Shown one piece after another: positions 36,815-52,049 of a stretch of DNA of 64,000 bases. The position numbers and the translations under genes are program-made. How positions within the stretch are numbered: the stretch's first letter is position 1; each line of letters opens with the position of its first letter. Location of the stretch: positions 88,724,001 through 88,788,000 of the forward strand of contig CM052817.1 in the NCBI GenBank assembly GCA_028534125.1. Reading direction: 5' to 3'. The notes under the pieces were generated by a model. That model was not told where the DNA came from. It saw nothing but the letters and a program-made list of their open reading frames with translations, and did not search any database. Source of the DNA: Lama glama. Lineage: Eukaryota.

Positions 36815-39800
36815 TAGAGTTATATATTTATTTGAAACCTTCAAATCATAGTAGGAAACAACTACCCAGCTTACATACCATAGAACGTTCAATGTTTAAG
36901 AAATCACATCCACCCTTCAGGAGAGTACACTCATTTAGTGTTATTACTATACTGCATGAAAAAGTACTCTAGTGACCTAAGAGATGCCTCCCCAATCACT
37001 TATTTCCAAAAAATAACACTCTTCAGAAGCATCTGGCTTATTATGTACACTTAAGACTATTATTTATAAAACTCCCAGGAAATAGAAACCAATTTCATTT
37101 ACAGCTATTCAAGTTTGAATCTTTTTTTCCTGCTCACTCCCTGAAAATACAGATACATATATATTTGTTTACTTGAAATTAAATCAAGATTGTGAAGTAT
37201 ATATACATATTTCCAGGATGTAACTATCAAAGGTAGCTAAATTAAATCACAGCGTATATTCAAACCAAACCAAAGAGAACAAAAAACTCCTATGAAGGCT
37301 CCACAGTGATTGCTGACTCTATGGTCACATAATTCCCAGAAATCACAAAAATAAATGAACTACATGCACCATTTTATTGACCTTAACAGACATATTTAAT
37401 CAAATAGATGCTACCCAAATACCACATTATTTTGCACTGGTCTAAATTTACATTAGTTCAGAGTGATAACAATACTAAAAGAGAGTTAAATTATCTACTT
37501 CTTAACAAATACAGCCTGACTGGCATAATATATTAATACATGAAGTCATTTGGGAGAAAAGAGCACAATGCAAAAGGAGTGATTAAAAATAATAACAATG
37601 ATTGCAAATAAATCAATAAAAATGGCTATTTTTTGTATCATTTACTTTCGCTTCATAACATGGATAACATAAATATGTCCCATTGATAGATTTACCCAAT
37701 TTGAAGTATATAAACCGGTATTTCAGCAAACCCTTTAGCCTTGATCAAATGGATACATATCAGTCTAAATTGCAGGGATGCCACAGGCAAGATAAAGGTA
37801 AATAGAAAAATTGATAGTTATAAAAGAAGAAAAAGGATGAAAAAAATCACCTTGAATTTTCAAGCATATAAAAGGCAAGTAGGTTTATTGCAACCAATAG
37901 TTATTTTTCAGATGTTCCCCATAAAAGTGTTTTTCAAATTACTTTCCCAGTCATCATGCTAGGTGTCTGCCACTTATTTAATTCTATTAGATAGCTTTAG
38001 GATTGGAGAAGGATCAGAGACACAGTTGCTGTCATTAAAATTCCTCCTCAATAATTGGAGATAGAAGACGAAGAACATGAAACAAAAGGAAAGTTTTAAG
38101 AGCTGAATGTACTTTGTATGCAACATGAGCTACTGTGCTACAAGAATTAAGAGGACAGTGAGTCGAAAAGGTCTGAAATAGATAAAGATACTAGGAGGTA
38201 ACAATGAGCTGCCTCCTATAGGTTGTAAAGAAGTGTTTAGATGCAGGGGTAAGAAGAAATTATTTTGATGAGGAAAGTGAAATTGAGAACCATTTTTAAT
38301 TTGAAACATAACAGAAAAATTTGAATCATAATTAAGCCTCTGTCAAAAATGGTCTTGGTAAGAGTTTCTATGCTGTTTGCAAGAGAAATATCTTTTGGAT
38401 TGTGCCTAACTCTGTAACTGACATTTGATTTCACTCCTGAGGTTATTATAGATGAGGAGATGATTGAATGATAGGGTTCTGAGTCCTCAATGACAGGTTT
38501 CTTTCTTAAATTGAAAATGATGGTGGACAAAAGCTGCTCAGGTAATTTAATGTTTGTGCCTGAAGCTTTACTCAAATCATTCTTTAATTTTAAAGCATCT
38601 TCAGCTACAGATTCTTAGTAAACCAGTTTCATAATTTTAGATCTTGTATGCACTCTGAAGTGACATTTGAATAAATGAAATATTTTTCATTAACTTTGTT
38701 GCTCTTTAAAATTTTCTAAGATATCACACATTGGACAAGTTTTAGATAAGTTAACCTTAACATATTCCTTAAAAGATATGGTAAATATGCAAATATGCCT
38801 CATAAAACAACTTTTATCTAGAAACACATAGAGGAAGGTAATCACTAGCATCACAGTTTCTCAGCCTTAATTTGATTTGAAAGATGAAAAGTATTAATTC
38901 TATTTGATCTATTTGATCTAAATAACATTTCCAAATGCAAACAACAAAATCTCAATGTTCATTGTTTATTTAATCTTTTTTCTAGCTTTATCGCAGATAT
39001 TATTTATACGATAGATGCTTTAAGGGAAAATAAAGATATATGTGGTTGAAATCTCGAGCATATGCTGTGGCAACATTTCTTATTTCAAATCTACTTTTCA
39101 ACATGAGCAGATAAACCAACAGAAGATGCCTGAAGGAAAATACACAATCACATTAAAATATTCCCAGTTTTAAGACATTAAAAACTGAATACCAAAGCCT
39201 GCTTTATTCAAATATCACATAAACTTTTAACATTGTTATCAATCGATGCATAAATATGCTAAATTTTAAAAGAAATTATATTTACATACAAGTTATTTCA
39301 TTTTTGCTTTGTTGTTTATCTCTAAGTATGTATGTTGATATATATTTGGTGTATCATATAAAATATGTAGATTTAACTCATTGTTACTACTTGTTCAATT
39401 AAGGGTAAGGACTGAAGTCAAATAGAGTAAAAGAGAAAGAACTGAAGAAACTTTAGAAAAACTGAAAAAAAAAAAACACCACGTTACTGAAGTGCTGACA
39501 TTAAAGAAGGATGGGAAAAAAGAAAGAGTTAGGGAGGGAGACACTCATCAGATCGTGGAAGGACCATGTTAAGAAAATGTATTCAAACATAACAAATATG
39601 AGTCAGGGAAATCTTGTTTGCATTTTTATAGTAGTGTGTTAAAATGGCATAAAAGAAAAAATTCAATGTTGAATAAAAATAAAATATTATTTTTATCTAT
39701 GTAAGAAATACAACAAAATCTAGTTCTGTCTCCTATAAACAGACATAGATTTGCTAATAACTGATTGTTTAGAATTTTATATTGAAAAGAATCATAATTC

Positions 39801-41469
39801 ATATTAAAATTATTGTGAATTAGACATATAGTCACATGAAGTATTGGTTAAAAATGTATTTCTAATTAAAATAGAGAAAATTCTGTATTGCCAAGTTTCA
39901 TTCCTCTGTACATCTTAATCACTATCATCTCAGGAGCTTGAAAACAAAAATTACTGGGCCTAACCCAGATATTTTCATTAAGTAGTTGTCAGAGGTCATA
40001 AAAATTTTTACTGAATCAATGATCAGTATCTTGACCAGACTTCTTAAATTCTGACAACAGACTTTATCTGGAAGTCTCAATGTATGAAACACTATTTCCA
40101 AACTGATCATTCCTCCAATCTGAGAAACTTCCTAAGAGTAATGGGATATAACTCAGAGGCAACTCTCCCAAAAAGTATACAAAGCAGTTGAGTGATAATA
40201 GGCAGATAAGGGAAAGAGACTATATACACAAATTTGAAAAAAATAATTGTTTAAGCAAAGTTAAATCATTTTCTATTTCAGAGGTTTATTTCAAAGAGCA
40301 TTTATTGCACTATTGCATATTATACATCTCAGAGAAGTCATAATGCACAACATTTCTTGAACCAATTTCCCAGAAATGTATTTTACTGGGAACATTTCTA
40401 CAAGGCTAGAGTTGAGCTGAACATACTTTAGAAAATGCCACTTTAAAACAGACTGAATTACAAAAAAAAAAAAAAAAAGGAATGCTTATCAGCTTCTAGA
40501 TTCTGATGTTAGAAAAGTTAATTAAAATGTCAGATGGCTAGAAAGTGGTGACAAGGATAATTATATTGAAAAAGAAGAGAGGAAGAGAATGGAAAGGCAG
40601 TGAGGTGTACTAGGATGAATATTAGAATGAGTCACTAGACCAAGCTTCAGTCCTGACCTGAAGTAAACACACTACGTACGTGAAATTGTGCAAACTATTT
40701 AACAATTTTGTCCAATGTTTAAAATGAAGAAGCTTAGCTGAAAGATCCCCAAGATCTCTCCTATTATTGAACTCGAATGCTTTCAATCATTGGAACAAAC
40801 TCACACAGAGTGCTAAGAATGTCTTAATTAATATTTTTCTAGTCATAGAACACAGACCTATGCGAAGTTAATTCTCTCTATGAATTATGAATTTGATGTT
40901 ATATTAAAGAGGACTCCATCTATGTAAGCACAGTCGAGCCAAAGATAAATTAATAAAAAAGAAAGAAGTAGGAGTCATAACGCGAGACACTCAGTTTTCT
41001 TGGGTTGCAGAGAAGTAGTTTGATGATTACTGGTGGCAGCCCCTCTCCCATCATTTCCTTCTCTTTCTGCACTATTGGTTAAAGTCACTGGTTGACCTCT
41101 AATATTGGGAACGCATGGGGTTTTATAGCAGGACAATACTTTTGTAGCACTAACTTTTGTGTATTTTTGTCTCTTAGGTTTTTTATCCTTACTACTCTCC
41201 CTTTAATTTAGAAAGCTGGCACTAAGGACACTGATTCAGAATAAAAGTGGTCACAGGACATAAAACATAAAAGACAGAAGCCTGATTTTGGTTTCCAAAT
41301 ACTCTCCTCACAATAGGAAGACAAAGGACAGGATCCACAGAAAAGTATTTATGATAATTATCATTTGAAGAGAGTGTGGTTTCCCTCAGAGACTAGAAAA
41401 CTTTTATTTTGAGACTGGGAAAAGGGAAGAAAAATGACACGTGATGGAATTGGAAAAGCCACTAGTGAA

Positions 41470-41937
41470 TTTGCCAATGGAGCTGCTAGGTTTCCACCCA
41501 AATTGGTTTTCTTTCTTTCCTGACAATTATGGCCAGACACATTTCTGCCAAGTCAGTCGCCTCACACCAGCTTCCTTTGCAGTTACTTATAAGCAAGCAA
41601 TTACCTACGGAATTTGTGCAGAAGTGATAGGTGCCATTTCCAGTCTGGGAATGGAGACATCAGGAGTAAATCCTCCACCCACACGTCCTCCAGTTGTCAG
41701 GAGAGAGTGGCAATGAAGCCTCCATCATGCAGAGGATGGCCGTTCTCTCAAGGGTGGTGGAACAATGGCTTCAAAGGAAGCTGAATTTCTGGATAACCAT
41801 GAATATCAGAAATGTTCCTGAGAGGGGGAACACTCATACTGTGACTGTTACACAAGAGAAAAGTAAACTCATTGTCTTTATGCTACTATAATTTGAGTTG
41901 TTTGTTTTAATAGCTTAGCTTGGCCCCAGTTAATATA
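41470..41937 (+). mobile_element. Old MLT1 (MaLR) LTR
   Basis: ccagcttcctttgcagtta...gcagaagtgataggtgccatttccag...gagaaaagtaaactcattgtcttt...ttgtttgttttaatagc...taatata. Confidence 0.6.
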
Positions 41938-42489
41938 CTCTATTACATGAAAATCCCTTAGAAAATTTCCAGTCACATACTGTTGACTCTTTCACTCATT
42001 ACTAGTATTATTAATAGCAATAATAAGTATTATGAGATTGTATGTAGAAAGGTTCTAATTGAAATAGACTACAGGGAAAGAAATGTTGGGTTCTTATTTC
42101 CAGAGATGGAAATCAGGGACCTTGAAGCAAAGAAAATAACACAAATGGCTGTGCCCTGGAGCTAAGTCTAGAGTCATCATCAACAGAGCACTCAGATGTC
42201 ATTCCAGTGACGATAATTCCTTTATCAACTTCTAGACATAATGCTGAAAAATGTTTCCAGGAGTTCTTCTAGCACCATCTTGAATGATTATCATATACAT
42301 ATGATATCCTGCTCCCAGGCAGCTATGTAAACTGTTTCCCATAATGAGATGAGGAGGCATTTTTTTGATAGCACCCAGCACTTCTTATAAGAAGTGCCCA
42401 GAAACAGTAACATCTGTCAGTGCCCTAAGACTTCACATGACTTCCACTGGACTTGCTGATACAATCAACACCATTTGTCATTTAACAGG

Positions 42490-42880
42490 TTGCTAAAACT
42501 CCTCATGTACGCTGTGTTAAGGCACACAGACTTCATTTTCAGTTAAGTCCCTCTCCAGCAATTATCTTCAGCCTAAGAGAGTCAGCCACCTCTCCAAAGG
42601 TCCTGCTTCCCTCTTTGGAGGCAGCCCACAGCAAATGATTACTAGATGGTAGATTATAAAAACCCATAGAACCATGTTCACAACTGAGGCCACCTGCAGG
42701 ACCATCCCAACTGGGCCAGAGCTCCTTTTTAGTTGCAACTGTATCACAGTTCAATTCCTCCTTCTGGTTGCTTCCTTCAACCTTCAGATTTTGGTGTTTT
42801 TCCTTAGGGAACATTCCAATTAACCTTCAGAACAAAAATCTCAGAATCTCAGAACTTGTTCTCTAGAAATCTAACTTGCT
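42490..42880 (+). mobile_element. LTR16-like ERVL LTR
   Basis: ggcagcccacagcaaatga, tataaaaaccc, gttgcaactgtatcacagttcaattcctccttct and aaatctcagaatctcaga. Degraded. Confidence 0.55.
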
Positions 42881-44449
42881 GTTGTAAGAAGAAGAGAAAG
42901 AGAGTGATGGCATGTAGAGATAGTGGTATTAAGTTTTAAGCTGGCAGCTGTAATTTTGTAGGGAAGCTCACAGTTGTGGGGTGAATAGTATCAGCTTATC
43001 ATTTCACTGATCAAAATAGTGAAAAATATCCAGTCCCATTGCATGTTTTCAATTTAATTTCATCTCATGCACATAAAGGTTACACTTCCAGTCATTGCCA
43101 GAATGAGCATAGACTTCGGTTTGTATCTTGAAAGTTATTATGTGACTTTCATCCGTTTGTTCAATACATAAATATTTTTAGGCTTCCTAGTGAAAAACAC
43201 TATGAAAGTTTCTGGGAAAATTTACAAACAGACTTTATGCTCTTCCTCATTGTTCTTAAAGCCTAAGAGTGAGTTTCAATAAACAATTATAAATGCTATA
43301 AATCAATAGTTCGTTAATCCCAAAGTCCCATTTGTTAATATAAAAAAAAATAGGAGTCAACATAGTGTAAAGCTGTTGTTACAATAGAACATACCAACAT
43401 AATGAAAGTCATTGGGCACAGAGCAACTTGATGCATTTAAATATTCTATATACAAAGACGAGGAAGGACTGATGATTTGTTTTCTGATTAAAAGTCCTTC
43501 ATATAAATACATTTGTTCAACTTATTGCAGATAGAAAATATACCAGAATAAAGAGGGATCATTATATTTATTCTTTATGAAGCTCAGCTACCAGGACACA
43601 CCTGTAGCAAAGTTTCTAAGGTAAGACAAAATGTGACTTTCAATTCTGAAGAAAACTATAACCCAGCACAAACATCATGATCTTTTCCAAAATTTCTCTA
43701 CAGACTTAGTGCATTACTTAGAACAATTTAGACACTTCCAAAACAGATTCAAATTTTTGTGTACATCATCAATATCATTGTAGCTAACAAATATTGAATG
43801 TTTATTATGTGCCAAATTCTATGCTTTTTCTATTCTTTTCATTTATTGTAGAAATGACCACATGTGGTATACAAATTCCCAGAGAAGCACAATGCTATGG
43901 TGAAGTTTAATTTTCTGTTTAGAGAAAACAATATCCATTGTTCCTATTAAAATTTCTGGAGTTATGTTTTCCTTAGAATAGCATTAAATACATTTTATTG
44001 TTCTTTGTTCTTCAGCTATCAACAAATAAACACAGCTAATCACCCTGTCCTCCCTAGAATGTGTGAACATATAACTTTCATAACCTGTTAATATTCTTTA
44101 GAGACTTACATGGCATGTTTTAAAGAGACTTTAGGTCACCTGACTCAAGCCTGCCATATTGCTTGAAATAACCTATATTAGACACTACGGAATTTGATGG
44201 AGAACTTTTCTTTGTAATTAGAAGATTAATTTTCTAACAAAGTTCAGTTGATTTGGCTACCCTTTCTCCAATCCATTATGATGGATCAAAAGAAATTTAA
44301 TAAAATGGGACTTGGGACAGATAAGTTGTGGGGAATCAAGTTTAGAAAAGAATGTTATCATGAGTAATAAGCAATCAGTAAAAGGTGATATTGCATAGAA
44401 TAATTATATTACTGAAATAAGGAATACTTTATGCAGATTTCATGCAGAA

Positions 44450-44800
44450 GCAGTACTGTGTGATGGTTAAAACCCTACCCTTGAGGAAGAGTAGTCCTGG
44501 ATTCAAACCTTGGCTGTTACATATGTGATTTGAGGAAATACATTTACCCTCTCTTTGCTTTAATTTCTTATACAAAATTGGGATCTTACTATTAATTAGT
44601 TCAATTTTTGTTTATATATGTGATATTTTTCTTTATATATGTGATTTTGTAGAAGGGATTTACCCTCTCCCTACTTCAATTTCCTCTTATAGAAAATAAG
44701 GAACCTAATAGTAACTACCTCACTGGGCGAAAGTAAGTGATGAATGTAAAGCACTGTTGAGGAGCACTTGGCATGTTAGAAGCACTGCTAGCTGTTACTA
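44450..44800 (+). mobile_element. MIR SINE (core present twice)
   Basis: cctggattcaaaccttggct...tgtgatttgagg...atttaccctctc (near 44542 and 44658)...taatagtaactacctcac...tgtaaagcact. Confidence 0.6.
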
Positions 44801-47800
44801 ATACTCATTCACAACAGATTTTATTTAGTTAGTTTGGTAGATATATAGGTGAATAGATAAGTGGACCTAGACAGTTTAGTTCATTTTTTATGTTTCTAAA
44901 AGGCCTACTTTGCAAATTTCACTAATAACATAGTGAATATAATTTTATAAAATGTTATTAAAATATTTTAATTGATTCATATATTCTTTAATAAAAATCA
45001 TAATAATTTTATATTAATTCCAATTATGATAGTGTAACTTTTTCCCCTGATCATCTTACTCAACAGTGTTATGTGGGCTGAGATTGAGAATGTTGCTGGA
45101 TCTGCTATATAGACTACCAGCGTGAGTAACTTGTTTGATCATATGTTGAAAGAAGCAATTGACCTTTTTTGATCATCATCTATATGACAAATTCTGGGCT
45201 AGCTTAATTACATGAATGATACCCTGCCTAAAACTAAATTATGTACAGTGACTAATAGTCCTAGTTAATTTTGTTAAATTATGTGAGTTGTGTAGAATCA
45301 GCTCAATTTCATAAATGGGATATTTGAGCTTAAAGAAGTTATCTACAGATATAATTAGAGAAGACTTCTGTAGTAAAGTTAATAAAGAAACAACTGAAAA
45401 GTTGGAAATTGCTAAAATTCAAACTTTCTTACAAACTTTCCTTGCAATATATATACAAACTGGTATTTTAACTTCTCAGTGGGAGTGTAAGTGTTGAGCT
45501 CTGACTCCAAAATGGATGATTTGAGAGATATATTCCTATGGGAAGTTAAAATACTTTTCATTTTTATTTTATGCATTAAGAAATTTTTGTGGTGGAATGA
45601 AAATAGTTGAAATTTCTAATTTGTGTCTATCTTTAACTTGTGGAGTTAGTAAGTGTGAAAAATGTGATTCATTTTAGCAGATATTTTCATCAGAAATGTC
45701 TGTTATACCTTTTAAAGAATTCTCTTTCATTTATATTTAAAATGTACTACTTTAGAAGTACTCTGAAAATCTGTGGCTGGATTAATGATGACTTTCTGGG
45801 AAATAAAGCAATATGCATAAATTATTGTAATGCTAAGTGAAAAAAAATCTGAAATTCTTAGTGAGTAAATATCTGGTTTTTACATTAAATATCTGGAAAA
45901 AAATCTGAAATTTCTATTAACTAGATTAATGAACATAATTAGTTGAGAAAATACCTGAATTTCTATTAAACTACCTCTTGGAAGGCATATAAATTTTTAC
46001 AAGGATTTCTGATAATAATGTATCACAACTCTGGTTGAGTTTTTATATCTACCTATATACCTAGATAATTCTAAGTGTCTTTTAAATATATCCACTTCTG
46101 CAAATGTTTCTTTTAAAACTATGTATGTAGTACATATAAGAATACACTTAACAAAAGAATGGCTTGTGTGAAAGATGTTTATGTTGTCATATTACTAATT
46201 TAAAAAACTCTATTATCTATTAAAAGGAGTTGTCAGAAGGTTAGACACAAATGAATAATTGGTTTTCTTCCCCCTAAACTTTCTGGGTATTTGAATTAAT
46301 TTTGTTATTTCAAATGTTGCCCAGTCAATCCAAATGTTTATAGAATTTTACATTGCATGAAGGAATGCACATAAATCAGCAAAAAATGTGGGCAGGATAT
46401 TAGTGCCTGATGGTATGTTCAGAATTTTTATGGATGCTAACTGTTATTTATCAGTGTCTGACACACCCCTTCAATTCTGAAAATTGTCCTGTCATGAATG
46501 TATCTAGAAGGTGATACTCTTTTTCTCTGGCTAGTAATCCTGTATTTTCAACAATTAAAATGCACTTATTAGTGTATAGGTTTTCAGATTGAATTTTCCT
46601 GTTTAATCAAATGCAAATGTATACACTAATTAAGATATCACTGAACTAGAATACCTCATTAAGTTAAAATCATTCCATGCCTATGATATAAGTGAAAAAG
46701 AAGAGGTGTTAATTCGGTTCACCAGCAGCTATCATCTGAGGCACCACAGGTTATAGTAGACTAATGATGATCCCCAGGCCTGTCTCTAGGCCAATTTTTG
46801 AAATTTGGAATCTGTCCTTAATATAACAAAGATATATTTACCATTTCCACCACCACTACTACTGCTGATGTCTATCATCATTGAGTGCTAGGATTTCCCA
46901 GGTAAGTGGATAATTGTATATGCGCATTAAGTCATGTGTCTCTAAGACTCTATTCTTTCTTTTTGCCTCACTGGATTTAGAGTATCATTGAGACTATCTT
47001 TATCCTAAGAGAGGCTATATATGAGTTTACAGCTGACTCAAAGAAACACTAACTCAAAGAAATGTGAACAATGGACAATGTATCCCTGCATGTTGACAGA
47101 AAGAGTCAAATTGTTAAAATTAACTCAGGAAAATTATATATCTTACCCTACATCAAGTTTTACTAGTAATTTAAAAGTGGCAGGCATGTATCATGAACAT
47201 ATGTGCCATGTTTTTCCTGGAGAAACCCCAAAATAGTCTGCTGAACCTCCCTTAAAAAGCTGTCTTTTTCCTCTGCATTTTTTTTTTTACTTTGGGGAAA
47301 AGCAGACAAGTTTTTAAATTATGTATGTAAATACACTGATATAGAAGGGAGATATTTTGGTCTTGCAATATCATCATTTTATTCTCCATTAATTACACAG
47401 CCTATGTGACCATCCCTATTCTACATACTTCACAAATTTCAGGTTTGTTTTCCACAAACAATCTAAACAGATGCCTGTATAAACTGATTAAAAAAAAAAC
47501 ATATTATATGCATGCTCACGCTTTTTTGTAAATACCATTACTTACTGTGTATTGAGGGATGGATGTCTGATCAAGATCATTCATTCCCCAAAAACTCCTG
47601 GCTAGGGAGTAACTGTGCATAGGCCTGCTCTCAAACTTTTCTTTCCTGCTCTGTACCAAAAATAAGTAGACATCGAAGGGGACAAAAACAAGCTGTTAGA
47701 GTACCAAAAGCTATCAAGCATCATTTAATTTGAACTTCTTTAGACTTTATACTGAGTAATGGAGACTCAAAGATAGAAGGAAGATCCTGAGATGAGCCTA

Positions 47801-48439
47801 ATGTTTATCTAGGGGTCAAATGTCATGATTACTAGTGATAGAGTTTAAAAGAAGATAATCACCTAGAGAGAATGTACAATTTAGGTTGAGAGAGCTAACT
47901 TAGGAAATGTTGATTCCTATAAAAGATTTAATTTCTTACTTTTTCTTAGATTGTGTGGCATAATATATTTAAAAAATATAACTATTATTGTTCCTTTCTG
48001 TGTAATGTATATCATCATTTAAACCTTTAAAAAATATTATGCACTGAAAAATTCTTGTGCACTAATTTGTATTATTATTATCTCATCTATCCCATGATTA
48101 GAGGAAGTAGTTGATGCTAAGAACGAGAAGGAAGCTAGTATGTATTACTGAGATTTGTAAGACCTGTCCTCAGGTTGTCAACTAGTTCCCTTCTTCTTCT
48201 ATTTCTTCATTTACACTTCTATTTCAGCATTAATTTCATATACAATTACATCAGTCTTGTTATATAACAAGTAAGTTAGGAGCAGCTAACTGATTGAAAA
48301 CACACAAAAAGAAATTCTACCTGTAATACATGCAATAATTTAGGCATAAGCTTTGAATACGATGTACAGATTTGGATATGTAAAATCATGGGTTTTAAGG
48401 AAGGATAAGTATCTTGTAGGATAAATAATAAGTACACAA

Positions 48440-49214
48440 AAATTGTATTTATATACTTTATATATGGAAAACCTAAAAATAAATTAAGAAAACAATTCTA
48501 TTTCCAGTGGCATCAAAAAGAAAATATTTAGGAATAACTTTAACAGAAGGAGTACAAAACTACACTGAAAAATAGAAAACATTATTGAAAGAAATTAAAG
48601 AAGACCTAAATAAATAGAAAGACATTCTATGTTTATGGCTAAAAGACAATGTTAGTAGATGGCAATACACCCCAAATTATCCACAGATTCAATGATATCA
48701 TTATCAAAATAATCTGCCAATTTTGCAGAAACCATGTAACTGGCCCTAAAGTTAATATGAGAATGTAAGGAACCCAGAAGAGTAAAAACAATCTTGAAAA
48801 AGAACAACAAAATTAGAGCCTCACACTTCTGATTTCAAGCTTACTACACAGCTGCAGTATTTAAGGTTGTGTGGTGTAAGAACAGGCCTATAGATTAATC
48901 TAATAGAATTGAAAGTCCAGAAATAAATCTTTACTTTTTTAGTCAATTGATTTCTAACAAGGTGCCAAGATATTTCAGTGGAGGAAAATAGTCTTTTTCA
49001 TAAATGATTCTGGAATAACTGGATATCTACATGCAAAAGAATGGATTTGGACCTTTAAAGTATACCATGCACAAAAGAATAACCCCAAATGGATCACAGA
49101 TCTAAATGTAAGAGTTAAATTTATGAAAATCCTAGGCCAAAAGATAGGAGTAGACTTTTTTAACCTTAGGCAAGTCTTCTGGGAAAAATCACCAAAAGCA
49201 AAAGCAATATAATA

Positions 49215-49246
<32 letters not shown>

Positions 49247-51455
49247 ATCTACATAATGGACTTTATCAAAATTAAAGACTTCTATGTTGCAAGTGATACC
49301 ATCAAAAGGTGAAAGGCACACTAACCCTCTTAGAAGAAAACATAGGCAAATCATCAGACATAAATCTTAGCAATGTTCTCTAGGGCAGTCTACCCAGACA
49401 ATAGCAATAAAAGCAAAAATAAACAAATAGGACCTAATTAAATTTATAAGCTTTTGCATAGCAAAGGAAACAGTAAGTAAAACAAAAAGACAATCTACAG
49501 AATGGGAGAAAACATTTGCAAAAGATGAGACTGACAAGGACTTAATTTCCAGACTATATAAACAGCTCTCACAACTTAATAAGAAAGAAAAACAAACAGC
49601 TCAATCCAAAAATGGGCAGAAGACCTAAACAAGCAATTCTCCAATGAATACATAAAATGATCAAAAAGCACATGAAAAAATGCTCAATATCACTAATTAT
49701 CAGAGAAATGAAAATCAAAACTTCAATGAGGTATCACCTCCCACCAGTAAGAATGGCCATCATTCAAAAATCCACAATTGTTGGAGATCGTGGGGAGAAA
49801 AGGAAATCCTCCTATGCTGTTGGTGGAAATGTAGTTTGGTACAGCTGCTATGGAAAACAGTATGGCGATTCCCCAAAAGCCTAAAAATAGACTGACCATA
49901 TGATCCAGCAATCCCACTTCTGGGCATATATCTAAAGGGAACTTTAATTCAAAAAGATACATGCAATCCAATGTTCATAACAACACTATTTACAATAGCC
50001 AAGATTCGATCAACAGATGACTGGATAAAAAAGTTATGATATATTTATACAATGGAATACTACTCAGCCATAAAAAATAGTAAAATAATGCCATTTGCAG
50101 CAATATGGATGGACCTGGAGATTGTCATTTTAAGTGAAGTAAGCCAGAAAGAGAAAGAAAAATACTATGTGATATCACTTATATGTGGAATCTAAAAATA
50201 AGACAAATAAACTTATTTACAAAACAGACTCCAGACATAGAAAACAAACTTGTAGTTACCAGAGGTGAAGAGGGTGGGAAGGGATAAATTGGGAGTTCGA
50301 GATTAGCAGATACTAATTACTATATATAAAACAGATAAACGAGTTTCTACTGTATAGCACAGGGAACTATATTCAATATCTTGTAGTAATCTATAATGAA
50401 AAATAATGTGAAAATGACTATATGTATTTATATGTATGACTGAACTATTATGTCGTACATTAGCAATTGACACAACATTGTAAACTGACTATACTTCAAT
50501 AAAAAATTAAAATAAAAAAAGTAAAACTGAATTAAAAGTGGGCACAAAACAAGAAAAAAAAGGTGAAAGGCAACTCACAGAATGAAAAAAAATACGCGAA
50601 AATCATGTTATCTGATAAGGAACCTTTGTCCAGTATCTAGAAAGAACTCTTACAACTCAATAATAAAAAGATAAATAATTAAGTACGGTAAATTATATGA
50701 AAAGACATTTCTCCAAAGGGGTATGTAATATGAACATACAAAGTTGGTCATCATCATACAGAAATCACAATGAAATACAACTTCTCACCTACTAGGAATG
50801 CACTGGTCAATATGTCAGTGTTGACAAGTATGTGAAGAATTGGAGCTTTATATATATAGTTAGCAGAGATGCAAAATTGTGCACTTACTTTTGAATAGTT
50901 TGGCAGTTCTTCAAAAACTTAAGAGTTAAAAATTTTACCCAAGAGAAATGAAAATATAAGTCCACAAACAATGTATGCATAAATGTTCAAAATGGCATTA
51001 TTCATAATAGCCAAAAATTATACACTACTCAAATCATCATCAACTGATGAATGGATAAATAACCATGGCATAGCCATGCAATGAATATATTTTGGCAACA
51101 AAAAAAGCATGAAGTATTGACACATTCTGCAATATGGATGAACCCAGAAAATACTATGCTAAATGAAAAAAAATAATCAAGAAAGGTCACATTTTTTATT
51201 ATTCCTTTTATATAAAATGTCCAGAAAAGGCAAATTTGTAGAGACATAAAATAGCTTCGTGTTGTCTAGGACTACTGGGATGGGTAGATGAGGAGTGACT
51301 ATTAATGGATAAGAGGCTTCTTGTCTTGAAATGTAAGTATTCTAAAATCAGGGTGATGTAATGGTTCACGACTCTTTGAATATACTACAAAAATTGTATT
51401 GCTACAGTTTAAAAATGTGAATTCAATGTTATATAAATTATATCTCAGTAAAGTT
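48440..51455 (+). mobile_element. Old L1 (L1MB-like) ORF2 and 3' relic, interrupted by a younger L1
   Basis: gaaagaaattaaagaagacctaaataaatagaaagacattc and other ORF2 blocks; 3' end tataaattatatctcagtaaag. Confidence 0.85.
49319..50557 (+). mobile_element. Younger camelid-type L1, 5'-truncated, nested in the old L1
   Basis: Perfect 15-bp TSD aaaaggtgaaaggca at 49304-49318 and 50558-50572. ORF2 C-terminal peptide [33 protein letters not shown] in ORF 49657-49884. Confidence 0.92.
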
Positions 51456-52049
51456 ACTGCTTTTCCTTTTTAAAGATCATTAGAGAATAGAAGTACAAAC
51501 TACAATTTGGAGAAGACATTTTTAAATATAAATAATGGTAAAAGAATTTGTGGACCAAATATAATCCAGCCTCTCTGAACAACACCTGTAAATCAACAGA
51601 GGGAAAAGCAACAGAAAAAAAAAAAAAGAGAACAAAAGACATGATCAAGTGGTTTATTAAATAGGATATTGAAATGGTCAACAAAGATACAGTGATGCTC
51701 AACCTCATTGTTCATCAGGTAAATGCAAATTAATTACAATGAGATCCATCTTTATACAACCAGAATATCCAAATACAACCCTTGGAAACATTAAAAGTAA
51801 ACAAGCAAAGATAATTTTCATGTAAAGGTAGTAAGAGTGTAAATTGATGTAAGTACTTGGGGGAACTTTCTGGTATTATCTATTAATTTTCACATATATA
51901 CATATACTTGAGGAACCAGCAATTTCTTATACAAAATAAGAGAAGTGAACTGGAATGTTTATAACTGTATAATTCACAGATGTCGCAGTTTGAAAACAAC
52001 ACTGTCACTGGTACAAATGACAGATGATTTGTGATATGCTCACACAGTG

